IMG/VR virus record: IMGVR_UViG_3300027736_000027
Coordinates: 32,001-96,000 of that record
Length of the DNA: 64,000 nt
From: a virus
Reading direction: 5' to 3' (one strand)
The notes under the pieces are model-generated. The model was given only the letters and a program-made list of their open reading frames with translations. It ran no database searches and was not told the DNA's origin. Below are positions 48,016 to 57,183 of the stretch, one piece after another. How positions within the stretch are numbered: the stretch's first letter is position 1; each line of letters begins with the position of its first letter. Both the position numbers and the translations under genes were made by a program.

Positions 48016-48642
48016 TTAAAAATAAGTAGTTAAATTTTCTTTCATTTGTGGATTTTTAATAAGAACTGAATCCTTTAACATCTTTCGAGCCTTTCTAATT
48101 TTAGTTTTAACAGTATTTAAATTCATATTATATTTAGAGGCAATTGCATCGCCTTTCATTGAATGAATTTCCTTGTCTACTAAAATTGATTTTTCAATAC
48201 CATCCGGCAGAGATTGCAATTCGTCAGTTGTCATTTTATAGAGAGACTCAATGTACATTTCTTTATCAAAATTAAAAACGCTATCGTCTTCAATATTTAA
48301 AGGTCTAGTCATATTATCAATCCTGATAGCATAATTTTTAATTAACTTATGCTTATGTAATAGTGCCTCATTTTTTGCAATTGTATAAATCCAGGTCGTA
48401 AATCTAAATGTATCATTATACGAATCCAGGCCTTTAAATATTTTAAACAGAGTATTGTGTAATACCTCGGCAGTTTCATCTTCATCATTAAAAAATTTCC
48501 ATATAAAATATTTTAATTTTGGATACATAATTGAAGCTAATCTGTTTCGATCACGTTCAGTATAGTCTTTGCTTTTTATTTTTTCAGCAAGTTTTTGCAT
48601 CTCATTATTGAGTTGCTTGTTTATTAGGTCGTATGCGCTCAT
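48016..48642 (-). CDS. ECF-type sigma-70 family RNA polymerase sigma factor
   Basis: region 2 EVLHNTLFKIF...FRFTTWIYTIAKN; region 4 IASKYNMNLNTVKTKIRKARKML. Confidence 0.9.
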   Translation of the reverse strand: MSAYDLINKQLNNEMQKLAEKIKSKDYTERDRNRLASIMYPKLKYFIWKFFNDEDETAEVLHNTLFKIFKGLDSYNDTFRFTTWIYTIAKNEALLHKHKLIKNYAIRIDNMTRPLNIEDDSVFNFDKEMYIESLYKMTTDELQSLPDGIEKSILVDKEIHSMKGDAIASKYNMNLNTVKTKIRKARKMLKDSVLIKNPQMKENLTTYF

Positions 48643-48659
48643 ATTTTGGTTTTTAAAAC

Positions 48660-49400
48660 TTACTTAAAAAATTGATGATTTGGGTTTGACTCTTTCCATT
48701 TATCGTAGCGGTCAGCTATTTGAATTAAAATTTTATTTCTTACAATATCTTCGTCGTTAAATTTATGAACGTCTAATCCGTTAATTCCAGATAGCACATT
48801 TATAAAATCCGGTAAAGCTACTTTACTCTTTGCAATATCATATTGGCTTACATCTCCGCAAATCAATACTTTAGAATCTTTTCCCATTCTGGTTACAAAT
48901 AACATTAATTGTTTAAAATCTGCATTTTGAGCTTCATCTAATATCATTAAGCAATTATCAAAGGTTGCGCCTCTCATATAGGCAAGTGGCCTAAATTCAA
49001 TAACTCCAATTGACTCTAACCAACTAACTAAATTTGGGTCATGTATTAATTTTACTAAATTTGATCGATAACTTTCCATAAATGGATCAATTTTATCCTT
49101 TATTTCTCCAGGTAAAAATCCAAGCTTTTCACCAGATTCTTGGATAGGCTTAGATAAAATGATCTTTTTTATTTTGCCATCTAAATATAATTGAAGAGCC
49201 GCTAGACATGCAGTAAACGTTTTAGACGTTCCAGCTGGTCCATAACAAAAGGTTATTTCATTTGCTATAATTTTATTAAAATATATTTGTTGAGACTGCT
49301 TTAGTGTAATATTTCTTAAATCCTTTTTTGAAATTTCATATGTCTCACGTTTAGGTTTATTTGACCTGGCCGGTTTTTTAGAATCCTTACGATTTTCCAT
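48660..49400 (-). CDS. phoH: PhoH-family ATPase
   Basis: GPAGTSKT, LGFLPG, YMRGATF, LDEAQN, GDVSQYD, DIVRN. Confidence 0.95.
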   Translation of the reverse strand: MENRKDSKKPARSNKPKRETYEISKKDLRNITLKQSQQIYFNKIIANEITFCYGPAGTSKTFTACLAALQLYLDGKIKKIILSKPIQESGEKLGFLPGEIKDKIDPFMESYRSNLVKLIHDPNLVSWLESIGVIEFRPLAYMRGATFDNCLMILDEAQNADFKQLMLFVTRMGKDSKVLICGDVSQYDIAKSKVALPDFINVLSGINGLDVHKFNDEDIVRNKILIQIADRYDKWKESNPNHQFFK

Positions 49401-49692
49401 TTTTTCTAGTTTTTTTAATTGGTAATTTAATTAATTGATTAAGATTTTTACATCGCTGGCATGATTCATAATCTTCAATGCTTTCAAAAAAGGTTAAGGC
49501 TCTAGTTAAACAACCCGGCCATTCATCGCGGGTTGCGATTACATCAACCACTTCTTCCATTAATTTAATATTCTTAATAAAAATATTTGGAGACTTTTTT
49601 AAATGAGAGCGCTCAATTGCATTAATAATTTTAGTAAAAATTATCTGCTTATCGTTTAAAAAATCCGGTTTTTCTAAATCTGTAAATTTCAT
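49387..49692 (-). CDS. hypothetical protein with UVR-like motif
   Basis: ALTFFESIEDYESCQRCKNL. Confidence 0.65.
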   Translation of the reverse strand: MKFTDLEKPDFLNDKQIIFTKIINAIERSHLKKSPNIFIKNIKLMEEVVDVIATRDEWPGCLTRALTFFESIEDYESCQRCKNLNQLIKLPIKKTRKNGKS

Positions 49693-51641
49693 TAGTCAGT
49701 GTTTCCATAAAATTTTTGTAGAGTCAATTTATGATTATCAATATAATTTTCATCTAGTCTGCGGCTAGCCTTGCCTGTTTTAGCCGAGCCAGATCCATTC
49801 ATAGAATTTATCATTTCAAAATCATAATTTGACTCTTTTGATAAATATACTTCATTTAAAAAATTTAAGTAGATTTCTGCCATATATTCCGGTGGCTGTT
49901 TATCAAGTTCATCATTTGCTAATTCAAAAAAATTAGGTGATTCAAAAAATGCAGCTGAATTAACACACGTCATTGCTAAATCATCATTACCACTTTGGCT
50001 ACGGTATGTACCATTAGAGGTTCTGCCAAACGCTCCAAGCTCATGAACTGTCTTAAATTCATTTGGTAATATTTTATTAACGGCAGTTAAGTATTTAAAG
50101 CGTTCACAAAATTTAATTTTATTAGTGGTAGTTAATTTAAGCCCAGGCTTAAGGTGCTGTGCAGATTCGGTATGCTTTGAAAAAACAAGGAGTCCACTCC
50201 AATAGGCTTCATGTTTCATAATTTTATCCATTACATATTCGCCTTTATGATTTAATTCAACCAGTAATCTTACCTTATCTGTATTAAATACAGTATATAA
50301 TAAGTATTCTAATGAATTACAATATTGATTAATATCTTTGGTATTTGTCCTAAATGTTGCAACTTGAACTAGTGAAAAAATATCGGTTTCATTTTTAATG
50401 AAATCCTTTACTGGAGTCAGCATTTTTAGCGGCAGTGCAATAAACTTAAAAATATTAATTACTGAATAGTCACGATTTAAACCGTCAGCCGTATCAATTG
50501 AAAATATATAGTAGTTTTTATCATTTTTAATATCATCTAGGGTTAACTTGTTAAAGTTTGGGTGAACTGTCAGGCCATGTAATAGATCTAATGTAGTCGG
50601 GGTTTGCGCCCACTCTGGGATGACGTATTGAGTTCTAAGGGCAAATATTTTTTTAAGATCTTTAGACTGTAGTAATAATTTATCGGATGAAAAGAATTGT
50701 AGCCCATATTCCTGGTTAAAGTCTTCTTCTGACCCTAAATTCGCAATTGTGCTGCGTTTCCATTCTTCATCTCTTCCTGGAACCTGCCACCAATCTACTC
50801 GTAATGGAACATATTCATTATTATGATTCATTGCATCCATGTAAATTTCATAGAAGCGATTCATGCCATTTGGAGTTGAAGTTATTATGATTTTTGAGTT
50901 CTTTGATGCTGAAATAGTTGGATAAATTGCTCGATAGAAAAAGTCCAAATATGAGGCATTAATATGCGCAAATTCGTCAATATAGAGTACATGGATTGTA
51001 AAACCAATACCAGTATTTTTAGTGGTAGTCCGGCCAATTAGTCTGCACCCATTATCGTATTTCATTGACATTACATTATTTGAAACACAGCCAGGTTTTA
51101 GAAAGAACGGTAAATTTTCAAGTACTGATTTAATTTTATCTAAAACCTCTTTAGTGGTTGATGCAATATTGGCTACAGCCAATACATTTTTATCAGTATG
51201 AAATACCAGGTACCATGCAATAAATAGGCCAGACATTACCGTTTTTCCAATTTGTCTAGACGCCATTAAGCAGTTAAATCTGTTATCTTTAAATGATTTA
51301 ATTATTTCTTCCTGATAATCTCTTAGCCTAATTTGGTCAATGCCCTGTTCCTGCATTACTTGAGCATGTCTACTTGCAAAATAAACAGGATCAGCTTTAC
51401 ACTTTCTGATTTCGTCAAGCTCTTCTGGAGTATATTCAAATACTAGATTTGCTTTTTTCCAGGCTGGATCGTTATCTTTAAATGGAGAATTTTTAATTGT
51501 TTTAATATCAATTACTCCATTTTCAAAATCTTCTAATAGTTGATTAATCTTTTCGGATGTCCAAATTGCATTATTCTCAGGATCTAAATTTGAAAGTTTT
51601 AATTTAGAGGTTCCTCCACTATTTGTTATAAAATCTTTCAT
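49692..51641 (-). CDS. terL: terminase large subunit, T4 gp17-like
   Basis: LRDYQ, SRQIGKT, YIDEFAH, TSTPNG, FNQEY, SIDTADG, NDDLAM. Confidence 0.95.
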   Translation of the reverse strand: MKDFITNSGGTSKLKLSNLDPENNAIWTSEKINQLLEDFENGVIDIKTIKNSPFKDNDPAWKKANLVFEYTPEELDEIRKCKADPVYFASRHAQVMQEQGIDQIRLRDYQEEIIKSFKDNRFNCLMASRQIGKTVMSGLFIAWYLVFHTDKNVLAVANIASTTKEVLDKIKSVLENLPFFLKPGCVSNNVMSMKYDNGCRLIGRTTTKNTGIGFTIHVLYIDEFAHINASYLDFFYRAIYPTISASKNSKIIITSTPNGMNRFYEIYMDAMNHNNEYVPLRVDWWQVPGRDEEWKRSTIANLGSEEDFNQEYGLQFFSSDKLLLQSKDLKKIFALRTQYVIPEWAQTPTTLDLLHGLTVHPNFNKLTLDDIKNDKNYYIFSIDTADGLNRDYSVINIFKFIALPLKMLTPVKDFIKNETDIFSLVQVATFRTNTKDINQYCNSLEYLLYTVFNTDKVRLLVELNHKGEYVMDKIMKHEAYWSGLLVFSKHTESAQHLKPGLKLTTTNKIKFCERFKYLTAVNKILPNEFKTVHELGAFGRTSNGTYRSQSGNDDLAMTCVNSAAFFESPNFFELANDELDKQPPEYMAEIYLNFLNEVYLSKESNYDFEMINSMNGSGSAKTGKASRRLDENYIDNHKLTLQKFYGNTD

Positions 51642-52375
51642 ATTAACGAGTTAACATCATCTGAAAAATCATCAATCGAAGTTTCTGGCTTTATTACTTG
51701 AGTTAATCCACGTTCTTGCATAACTTCAGTTTTTCGATCAGGATGAGTTAGGTGGCGAGTATCTGATGGTTTATCAATTTCCTCAACTGTTATCTCTTTT
51801 ATTAAATTTTTAGTACCTGCGGTTATATAATATTCATTACTAGACTCAATTAATGGAGTTACTGACTTGGAGGATCCGCTGCCTCGTTGTTCAATATCTT
51901 GATGTACTTTTTTATAGGTATCCTCTAGAAATAACATGTAATTGGCTTGGGTTTTTACAACCATTGTTAATTTATCTTGTAACTGCCCAAATACTTCAAA
52001 AAGTCGTGGATGAGTATTGCCTTGATTAATTTCTTCTGTTATTTTTTCAATTGCCATTCGAATTGTTTTTAACTGAAAAAAGATATTTTGAATATTTGAA
52101 TTATCTAAAATTTGTTTCTGTTTTAAATATTCATGTTTTTCAAGTACTCCTAATTCTACATAAAATTTAAGCATTGAATTTGTAATATCCTTTGCCTGTT
52201 TCTCAAAGTTAGAATTCATCTCTTCAAAATCAAGAGGCGGAGCCATTGCAATTTCGCCTAGTTGAGAATCCGCAATATCATCTACTGGATTTGGTCCGCC
52301 TTGGTATGTTGATAATAGGTCTTCAAGTTCACCACGAATTTGTGCCTTTTTTTCTTTGTTAAATACTTGAGCCAT
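51638..52375 (-). CDS. putative terminase small subunit (positional)
   Basis: overlaps the terL start; helical; HPRLFEVFGQL resembles the gp16 PR.xEV motif. Confidence 0.55.
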   Translation of the reverse strand: MAQVFNKEKKAQIRGELEDLLSTYQGGPNPVDDIADSQLGEIAMAPPLDFEEMNSNFEKQAKDITNSMLKFYVELGVLEKHEYLKQKQILDNSNIQNIFFQLKTIRMAIEKITEEINQGNTHPRLFEVFGQLQDKLTMVVKTQANYMLFLEDTYKKVHQDIEQRGSGSSKSVTPLIESSNEYYITAGTKNLIKEITVEEIDKPSDTRHLTHPDRKTEVMQERGLTQVIKPETSIDDFSDDVNSLI

Positions 52376-52382
52376 GAATTAT

Positions 52383-52628
52383 TTAATTTAGTCGGTTTTC
52401 GTTTTTATCTAGTGCCGGATTGGCAAAAATTTTTATTTGCTTTACTGACTCTATATGCTCATAGATAAATGATTCCATATAGGTAAGAAATCCATCTAAT
52501 ATTGGATTAATTCCAAACATTTGATTAGATAGAGTCTTTTTTAAAACTTGACCCTTATATCTAAATCCTAAATTTAGTCGACGGTCTTTTCTATTGTATA
52601 TACCCCAATAAATTGAATTTCTTATCAT
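52383..52628 (-). CDS. small baseplate-associated hypothetical protein
   Basis: ATGA overlap with the wedge gene. Confidence 0.6.
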   Translation of the reverse strand: MIRNSIYWGIYNRKDRRLNLGFRYKGQVLKKTLSNQMFGINPILDGFLTYMESFIYEHIESVKQIKIFANPALDKNENRLN

Positions 52629-54355
52629 AATAATTTTATTTTGTTACGTCTTGATTTAACTGCTTTTATTTCAATATTAATTGGGCTAAGTTGAGTAGTT
52701 GAGATAACTTCACTATACAAATTTTGGGCACGATCTCTCCAGCCTCCTCTAATAACTGGAAATTCATTAGACTTAATAATAATATCGTTAAATTCATCTA
52801 ATCCAATTAATTCTTCAGGTTTAGCTATACTCAAAGCTGGCCTAACTGAGCTAGCAATTGCAGCCTTTTCATTTTCTTCAGATAATATAGTGATACTTAC
52901 TGAGTCTACTCCATTTATCTCTTCTATAATTTTAATTAAATCACTTTTTGGAACTCGATCGTGCCTACTTAATTTAATAAAATATTGACCGATTGCATTG
53001 GTTATATCAGCTTTAATTATATCATTTGAAACATCTTCAAATCCAATAACACTTATATTTAAAACATATTTAGTTATGATAGGATCAATAATTATAATAT
53101 CAGTGGAAATCATTTTAGTACCAGATCGCTCTATGAAATTTAAAAGTTGATTTTTTTGATATTGTGTTAATCTAAACTTATCTGTATTCATTTTAAAATA
53201 GTCACTACCGTTTGTAAATAATTGTGAAATATCTGGTATTAAAAATAAATTAATCATACGGGCAAGAGCAGAACCGGTTGCTCCAGCCAAAGGCGGCGGA
53301 GCTAAAAATACCCGAACCGTTGAAAACATTTGTAATTTATGTAATAAGACTTCATAATTATCTACATTAATTAGTGCAAAATTCTTAGATGCCTTTGGAG
53401 CAATTAATTTGGTTAATTCAAGCTCTTCTGGGTCAACACCAAAGCTTGGAGGACTTATTACTGTAATTTCCAATACCGAATTTAAGTCAATTTCATCGCC
53501 TACTATTGAAAAACCAGTCTCATCAAACGTAAAGTTAATTTGTCTAACATCATCTACCTTAATATTGCCACCAGCTCCTTCTGAACTAAGATATTCAACA
53601 ACAATAGTAGAGCCAAGAGTTGGTATTTTACCAAATGATCCATTTCCAAAATATAGATCTAATCCATTTGTTATTCCAGTTTTAATAATAAAACCTTTAT
53701 CTCCTCTTGGTATATCTAATAGGGACTCATATTTAGTCCACATTTCTCCATTTACATAAACATTTACTTTAAAATGATCAACATAATAATTATTTTGTAA
53801 ACCCATTTGGTAACTCTCAAATGCAATACCCTTTGCGGTAAAGGTTTGAGACTGAACATCCCCTTGCCTAATACTTACCACAGTTAAAGCGGTTGAATTA
53901 GTTAAATCAAGTCGAAGTTCATCTTGTGATAATTCAAGTACATATTGAAGTCCATTATTTGTACACTTAAGCTTAAGTAAATCATTTAATATTATAATAT
54001 TATTTTCAAAGGTTATACCGGTCTTTGGCTTAATTCTAATTTGGGCAGTTGCCCCAATTGCTCGGCTTGGATTATGTCCAGCTAAACTAGCTAATGAGTA
54101 TATTGAAGATGCCCTAGAGGCTTCATAAATATTAAGTTCAGTAATTGAATCTTCAATATAATAAAAAATTAATTGACTTAAGTTTTCAAAAACAATTAAT
54201 AATTGACCAAATGGAGAAGCTGCGGTAAATATTGTTTTAGTTTGTTTAAAGGTTTCCTGTAAAAAACCAATAGTTTCACCTAAGATATCACCGATTCTTA
54301 TTTTAAGGCTTGTAAATAGCCTAAGCGAATTATTTTGAGTTGATAAATTAGCCAT
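52625..54355 (-). CDS. baseplate wedge subunit, T4 gp6-like
   Basis: SIYSLASLAGHNPSR, LYFGNGSFGKIP, VEYLSSEGAGGN; TATAAATAAC at 54378-54385 (-). Confidence 0.85.
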   Translation of the reverse strand: MANLSTQNNSLRLFTSLKIRIGDILGETIGFLQETFKQTKTIFTAASPFGQLLIVFENLSQLIFYYIEDSITELNIYEASRASSIYSLASLAGHNPSRAIGATAQIRIKPKTGITFENNIIILNDLLKLKCTNNGLQYVLELSQDELRLDLTNSTALTVVSIRQGDVQSQTFTAKGIAFESYQMGLQNNYYVDHFKVNVYVNGEMWTKYESLLDIPRGDKGFIIKTGITNGLDLYFGNGSFGKIPTLGSTIVVEYLSSEGAGGNIKVDDVRQINFTFDETGFSIVGDEIDLNSVLEITVISPPSFGVDPEELELTKLIAPKASKNFALINVDNYEVLLHKLQMFSTVRVFLAPPPLAGATGSALARMINLFLIPDISQLFTNGSDYFKMNTDKFRLTQYQKNQLLNFIERSGTKMISTDIIIIDPIITKYVLNISVIGFEDVSNDIIKADITNAIGQYFIKLSRHDRVPKSDLIKIIEEINGVDSVSITILSEENEKAAIASSVRPALSIAKPEELIGLDEFNDIIIKSNEFPVIRGGWRDRAQNLYSEVISTTQLSPINIEIKAVKSRRNKIKLL

Positions 54356-54454
54356 TATCTTGAGACTTCTTTTTAGTTATTTATAATCCCAATATTTATT
54401 ACCTAATTTTTGATACCAGATAAATAATTATAGTATATTATTATTATACTAATT

Positions 54455-54836
54455 GGGGGCGACCGGATTTGACGTTAGTTATCCAATTGAGTCTGCATGT
54501 CGAGGATGATACTTAAAGCTCGTAAACCTGGTATTACTGTAAGTTAATTGACAACAATATAACTTTCTGGAGCCTTGTTAACCAAGTTAACACTCCAGCT
54601 ACTGAAGAGCTTTTATTAGCTGCATAAGTGGTAAGCGGCAACTGCTTAAGTAACCCAAAGTTGCAAACCGATATGATCAATATCGTTAAAAGTGATATAG
54701 AAGATAAGTTCTCAGTAAACCGACCTATTCAATAAGGGAACTGTGAAGTTTGTTAGTTTAGCAAAATTAACTAAGCATGTAAACGAAGGCCTAATTTGAG
54801 GCTATACGGACGAGGTTTCGAATACCTCCGCCTCCA
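54455..54836 (+). ncRNA. ssrA: tmRNA (one-piece); tag (A)DNNITFWSLVNQVNTPATEELLLAA at 54550-54627
   Basis: acceptor GGGGGCG/CGCCTCC with G3:U pair and discriminator A; GGATTTGAC; T-arm GAGGT-TTCGAAT-ACCTC; tag ends LAA-stop; CCA not encoded. Confidence 0.95.
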
Positions 54837-54848
54837 CTGTGACTGTTT

Positions 54849-54879
54849 TTGCAAACAAGTTTTTATGGCTTGTTTGCAA
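54849..54879. terminator. hairpin downstream of tmRNA
   Basis: TTGCAAACAAG / CTTGTTTGCAA. Confidence 0.7.
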
Positions 54880-54917
54880 TAAATAGTTAGATAGAAAAAC
54901 TTAATATAAATAACTAT

Positions 54918-55271
54918 ATGACAGGACTAGTAAATGGAACCAAACTAATTTGGACCTTGGTAATTATAATTGTAATTTTAATTGTATCACTATGTATTTC
55001 AATTGACTCAGACCAGTCAGACAAGTATAGTAAAGAAAAGTCACAAATTGATAGTTTATCAACAATTATCTCTAAATTAGAAAAAGATCAACTTAAATAC
55101 GATAGCCTAATTATAGGGTATCAACATAACTTAGTTGTTGCAGATCAACAAATTGACTCAACTAAAAATAAAATAAAAGAAATACAAAATTATTATGGTA
55201 AGAAAATTAAAGATATTAGTCGGGCTACTCCTGTTGAACTTGATGACTTTTTCACAAATCGCTACAAATAA
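54918..55271 (+). CDS. TM + coiled-coil protein (spanin-like)
   Basis: N-terminal TM and coil; TATAAATAAC at 54905. Confidence 0.55.
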   Translation: MTGLVNGTKLIWTLVIIIVILIVSLCISIDSDQSDKYSKEKSQIDSLSTIISKLEKDQLKYDSLIIGYQHNLVVADQQIDSTKNKIKEIQNYYGKKIKDISRATPVELDDFFTNRYK

Positions 55272-55608
55272 AAAAGTTCACTGCTTTCCAGATAGTATTG
55301 CAAAGCAGATTGCAATAGATTTAGTAAGAGGCGACTCTGCTAAAATAGAATTAACTAAAACTATTATATTAGTAAATCAGTTAGAAGAAAAGAATTTAAC
55401 TAATGAGAGACTTGTTAATACATATGTTTCTAAAGTAGCTAATTTTTCATCACAAATTGATTTATATAGACAAAAAGAGGTTAAGTACACACAAATTGTT
55501 ACAGGTTTAGAAAAGGATGTTAAGAAAGAACGCAGTAAGAATAAAATTATAAAAATTGCAGCTGGTGTATTTGCAGTATTGGCAGTAATCGGATTTTCAT
55601 CAAATTAA
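55195..55608 (+). CDS. signal peptide + coiled coil + C-terminal TM (spanin-like partner)
   Basis: overlaps the previous gene; hydrophobic at both ends. Confidence 0.55.
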   Translation: MVRKLKILVGLLLLNLMTFSQIATNKKVHCFPDSIAKQIAIDLVRGDSAKIELTKTIILVNQLEEKNLTNERLVNTYVSKVANFSSQIDLYRQKEVKYTQIVTGLEKDVKKERSKNKIIKIAAGVFAVLAVIGFSSN

Positions 55609-55621
55609 ATAATTAATAAAT

Positions 55622-56389
55622 ATGAATACCCTAAATACCGATGATATATTTTTAAGAAATTTAACAATTTCTCTGCTTGACTTATTAAACAGTGAAATGC
55701 ATCTTACTATTTCTAGAGCAGATCATAAAGAGACATTTTCAGTGCCATTTTTATATAATTTTGCAACAGATGAAGGTTTCTTAAAAGATTTTTATGTAGG
55801 TTTACCAGATAATTGTGAAATACCGGTAGCTGAAGGAGCTTACGATATTATCCCTAGGGGAATTGTATCATTGACTTCATTTGAGGTGAGTTCGGCTGAT
55901 ATTACAAATAAATTTGTTAGAGGACAATTTTCAGCTACTGAAAAAGGAGCTAATGATGCCAATATTCTTACTGGTTATTCAGCTCAACTCTATACACTTC
56001 CGCTCTCTGTAAAATTTGATATTAAAATTATTTGTGATAATTTAAATAAAGCATTTAAAATTGCTGAACAGTTATTAGACATATATTATTCAAATAGAGT
56101 AATGTATTTTCAATATAATGGAGTTAGAATTCCTGCGCAATTTTCATTTCCATCTACTGAACTTGTTGATAAAAAATATTCAACATTTACAATGAACACC
56201 GATAATAAAATAACGGTTTCATTATCGATTGCAATTGAAACGTATTTCCCTAGTTTTGAAAAAACTTCTAAACGTAAAAGTTCTAATATTATGGACAAAA
56301 TTAATATAACTAAAAGGGATTCAATTAATAATAATACACTAGCAAGTGTCTGGGTTGATCAAACAACCGGTCAAGATCCAAATATATGA
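55622..56389 (+). CDS. tail terminator / sheath stabiliser, T4 gp15-like
   Basis: SVPFLY, IIPRG, LPLSVKFDIKI...AFKIAEQLL, IETYFP. Confidence 0.7.
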   Translation: MNTLNTDDIFLRNLTISLLDLLNSEMHLTISRADHKETFSVPFLYNFATDEGFLKDFYVGLPDNCEIPVAEGAYDIIPRGIVSLTSFEVSSADITNKFVRGQFSATEKGANDANILTGYSAQLYTLPLSVKFDIKIICDNLNKAFKIAEQLLDIYYSNRVMYFQYNGVRIPAQFSFPSTELVDKKYSTFTMNTDNKITVSLSIAIETYFPSFEKTSKRKSSNIMDKINITKRDSINNNTLASVWVDQTTGQDPNI

Positions 56390-57183
56390 AGTATCTAGTA
56401 GAGTTTAAAACATTTACAATTAACGAAGGTGGAAATGCTTTTCCAGATGCACAGAGTCTTACTCGTGCAGAAGTTGAGCCGGCCTTTGCTAAATTCCAAA
56501 GTGCAATGACTCAATTATTTGGAGAAGCTGAACTTGAATTAATTGGTTCATGGAGACAAAAAGATATTTCTGGAGATCTTGATGCTCTATTTTATTCTGA
56601 GCTTAGTCTGCCTGATATATCAGCAAAAATTCAAACCGCTGGCTATGAAACAAAAATATTTTATGGATTTAATATTGTGTCAGTTAAATTTGAAATTTCT
56701 ACAGGGCACTTTGTACAATTTGATATGTTCGTCAAACCGTTAGACACAAATCGTAATATAAATGATATTTTCTATAAGTCAATTGATGAAGAAGACTATT
56801 CCACTAAGCACCGAGTCTTTTTGATATTTTGTGCACTAGACTCTATGCAGTTTGATAAAATTGAAAAGAACGGTACGGTAACCCAGTTTAAAGGATATAT
56901 GTTTAGACCGGATGGAATATATCAATTTACTAAAGAATTAAAAAAGATTAATTATAAAATAGTTGATCGCAAGCTTATTGCAGATACAATTCCTGAAATT
57001 TCAGATATACTATTTGGAAAAAATTATCCATATGCTAAATGGAATACCTACGAAAAGACAATAGCTTTATTAACAGCCGCTAGTCAAAGTACTAATCCTA
57101 AATTAAATATGCCTCTTATTTTAAAAGAATATCGAGCTAAACTAGAAGAAGAAGGTTTAGTAATTCCAGGCGGAATTGATTAG
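56386..57183 (+). CDS. leader-tagged Pol-beta-superfamily nucleotidyltransferase
   Basis: MKYLVEFKTFTINEGGNAF; LIGS...SGDLDAL...VQFDMF. Confidence 0.75.
   Translation: MKYLVEFKTFTINEGGNAFPDAQSLTRAEVEPAFAKFQSAMTQLFGEAELELIGSWRQKDISGDLDALFYSELSLPDISAKIQTAGYETKIFYGFNIVSVKFEISTGHFVQFDMFVKPLDTNRNINDIFYKSIDEEDYSTKHRVFLIFCALDSMQFDKIEKNGTVTQFKGYMFRPDGIYQFTKELKKINYKIVDRKLIADTIPEISDILFGKNYPYAKWNTYEKTIALLTAASQSTNPKLNMPLILKEYRAKLEEEGLVIPGGID

Noticed and set aside
49692-51641. Intein or intron in the terminase
   Set aside because: Continuous ORF with ordered ATPase and nuclease motifs; no splice-junction or homing-endonuclease motifs seen
54455-54836. tRNA-Ala gene
   Set aside because: Acceptor halves are about 370 nt apart, enclose a tag ORF and lack an anticodon arm, so it is a tmRNA
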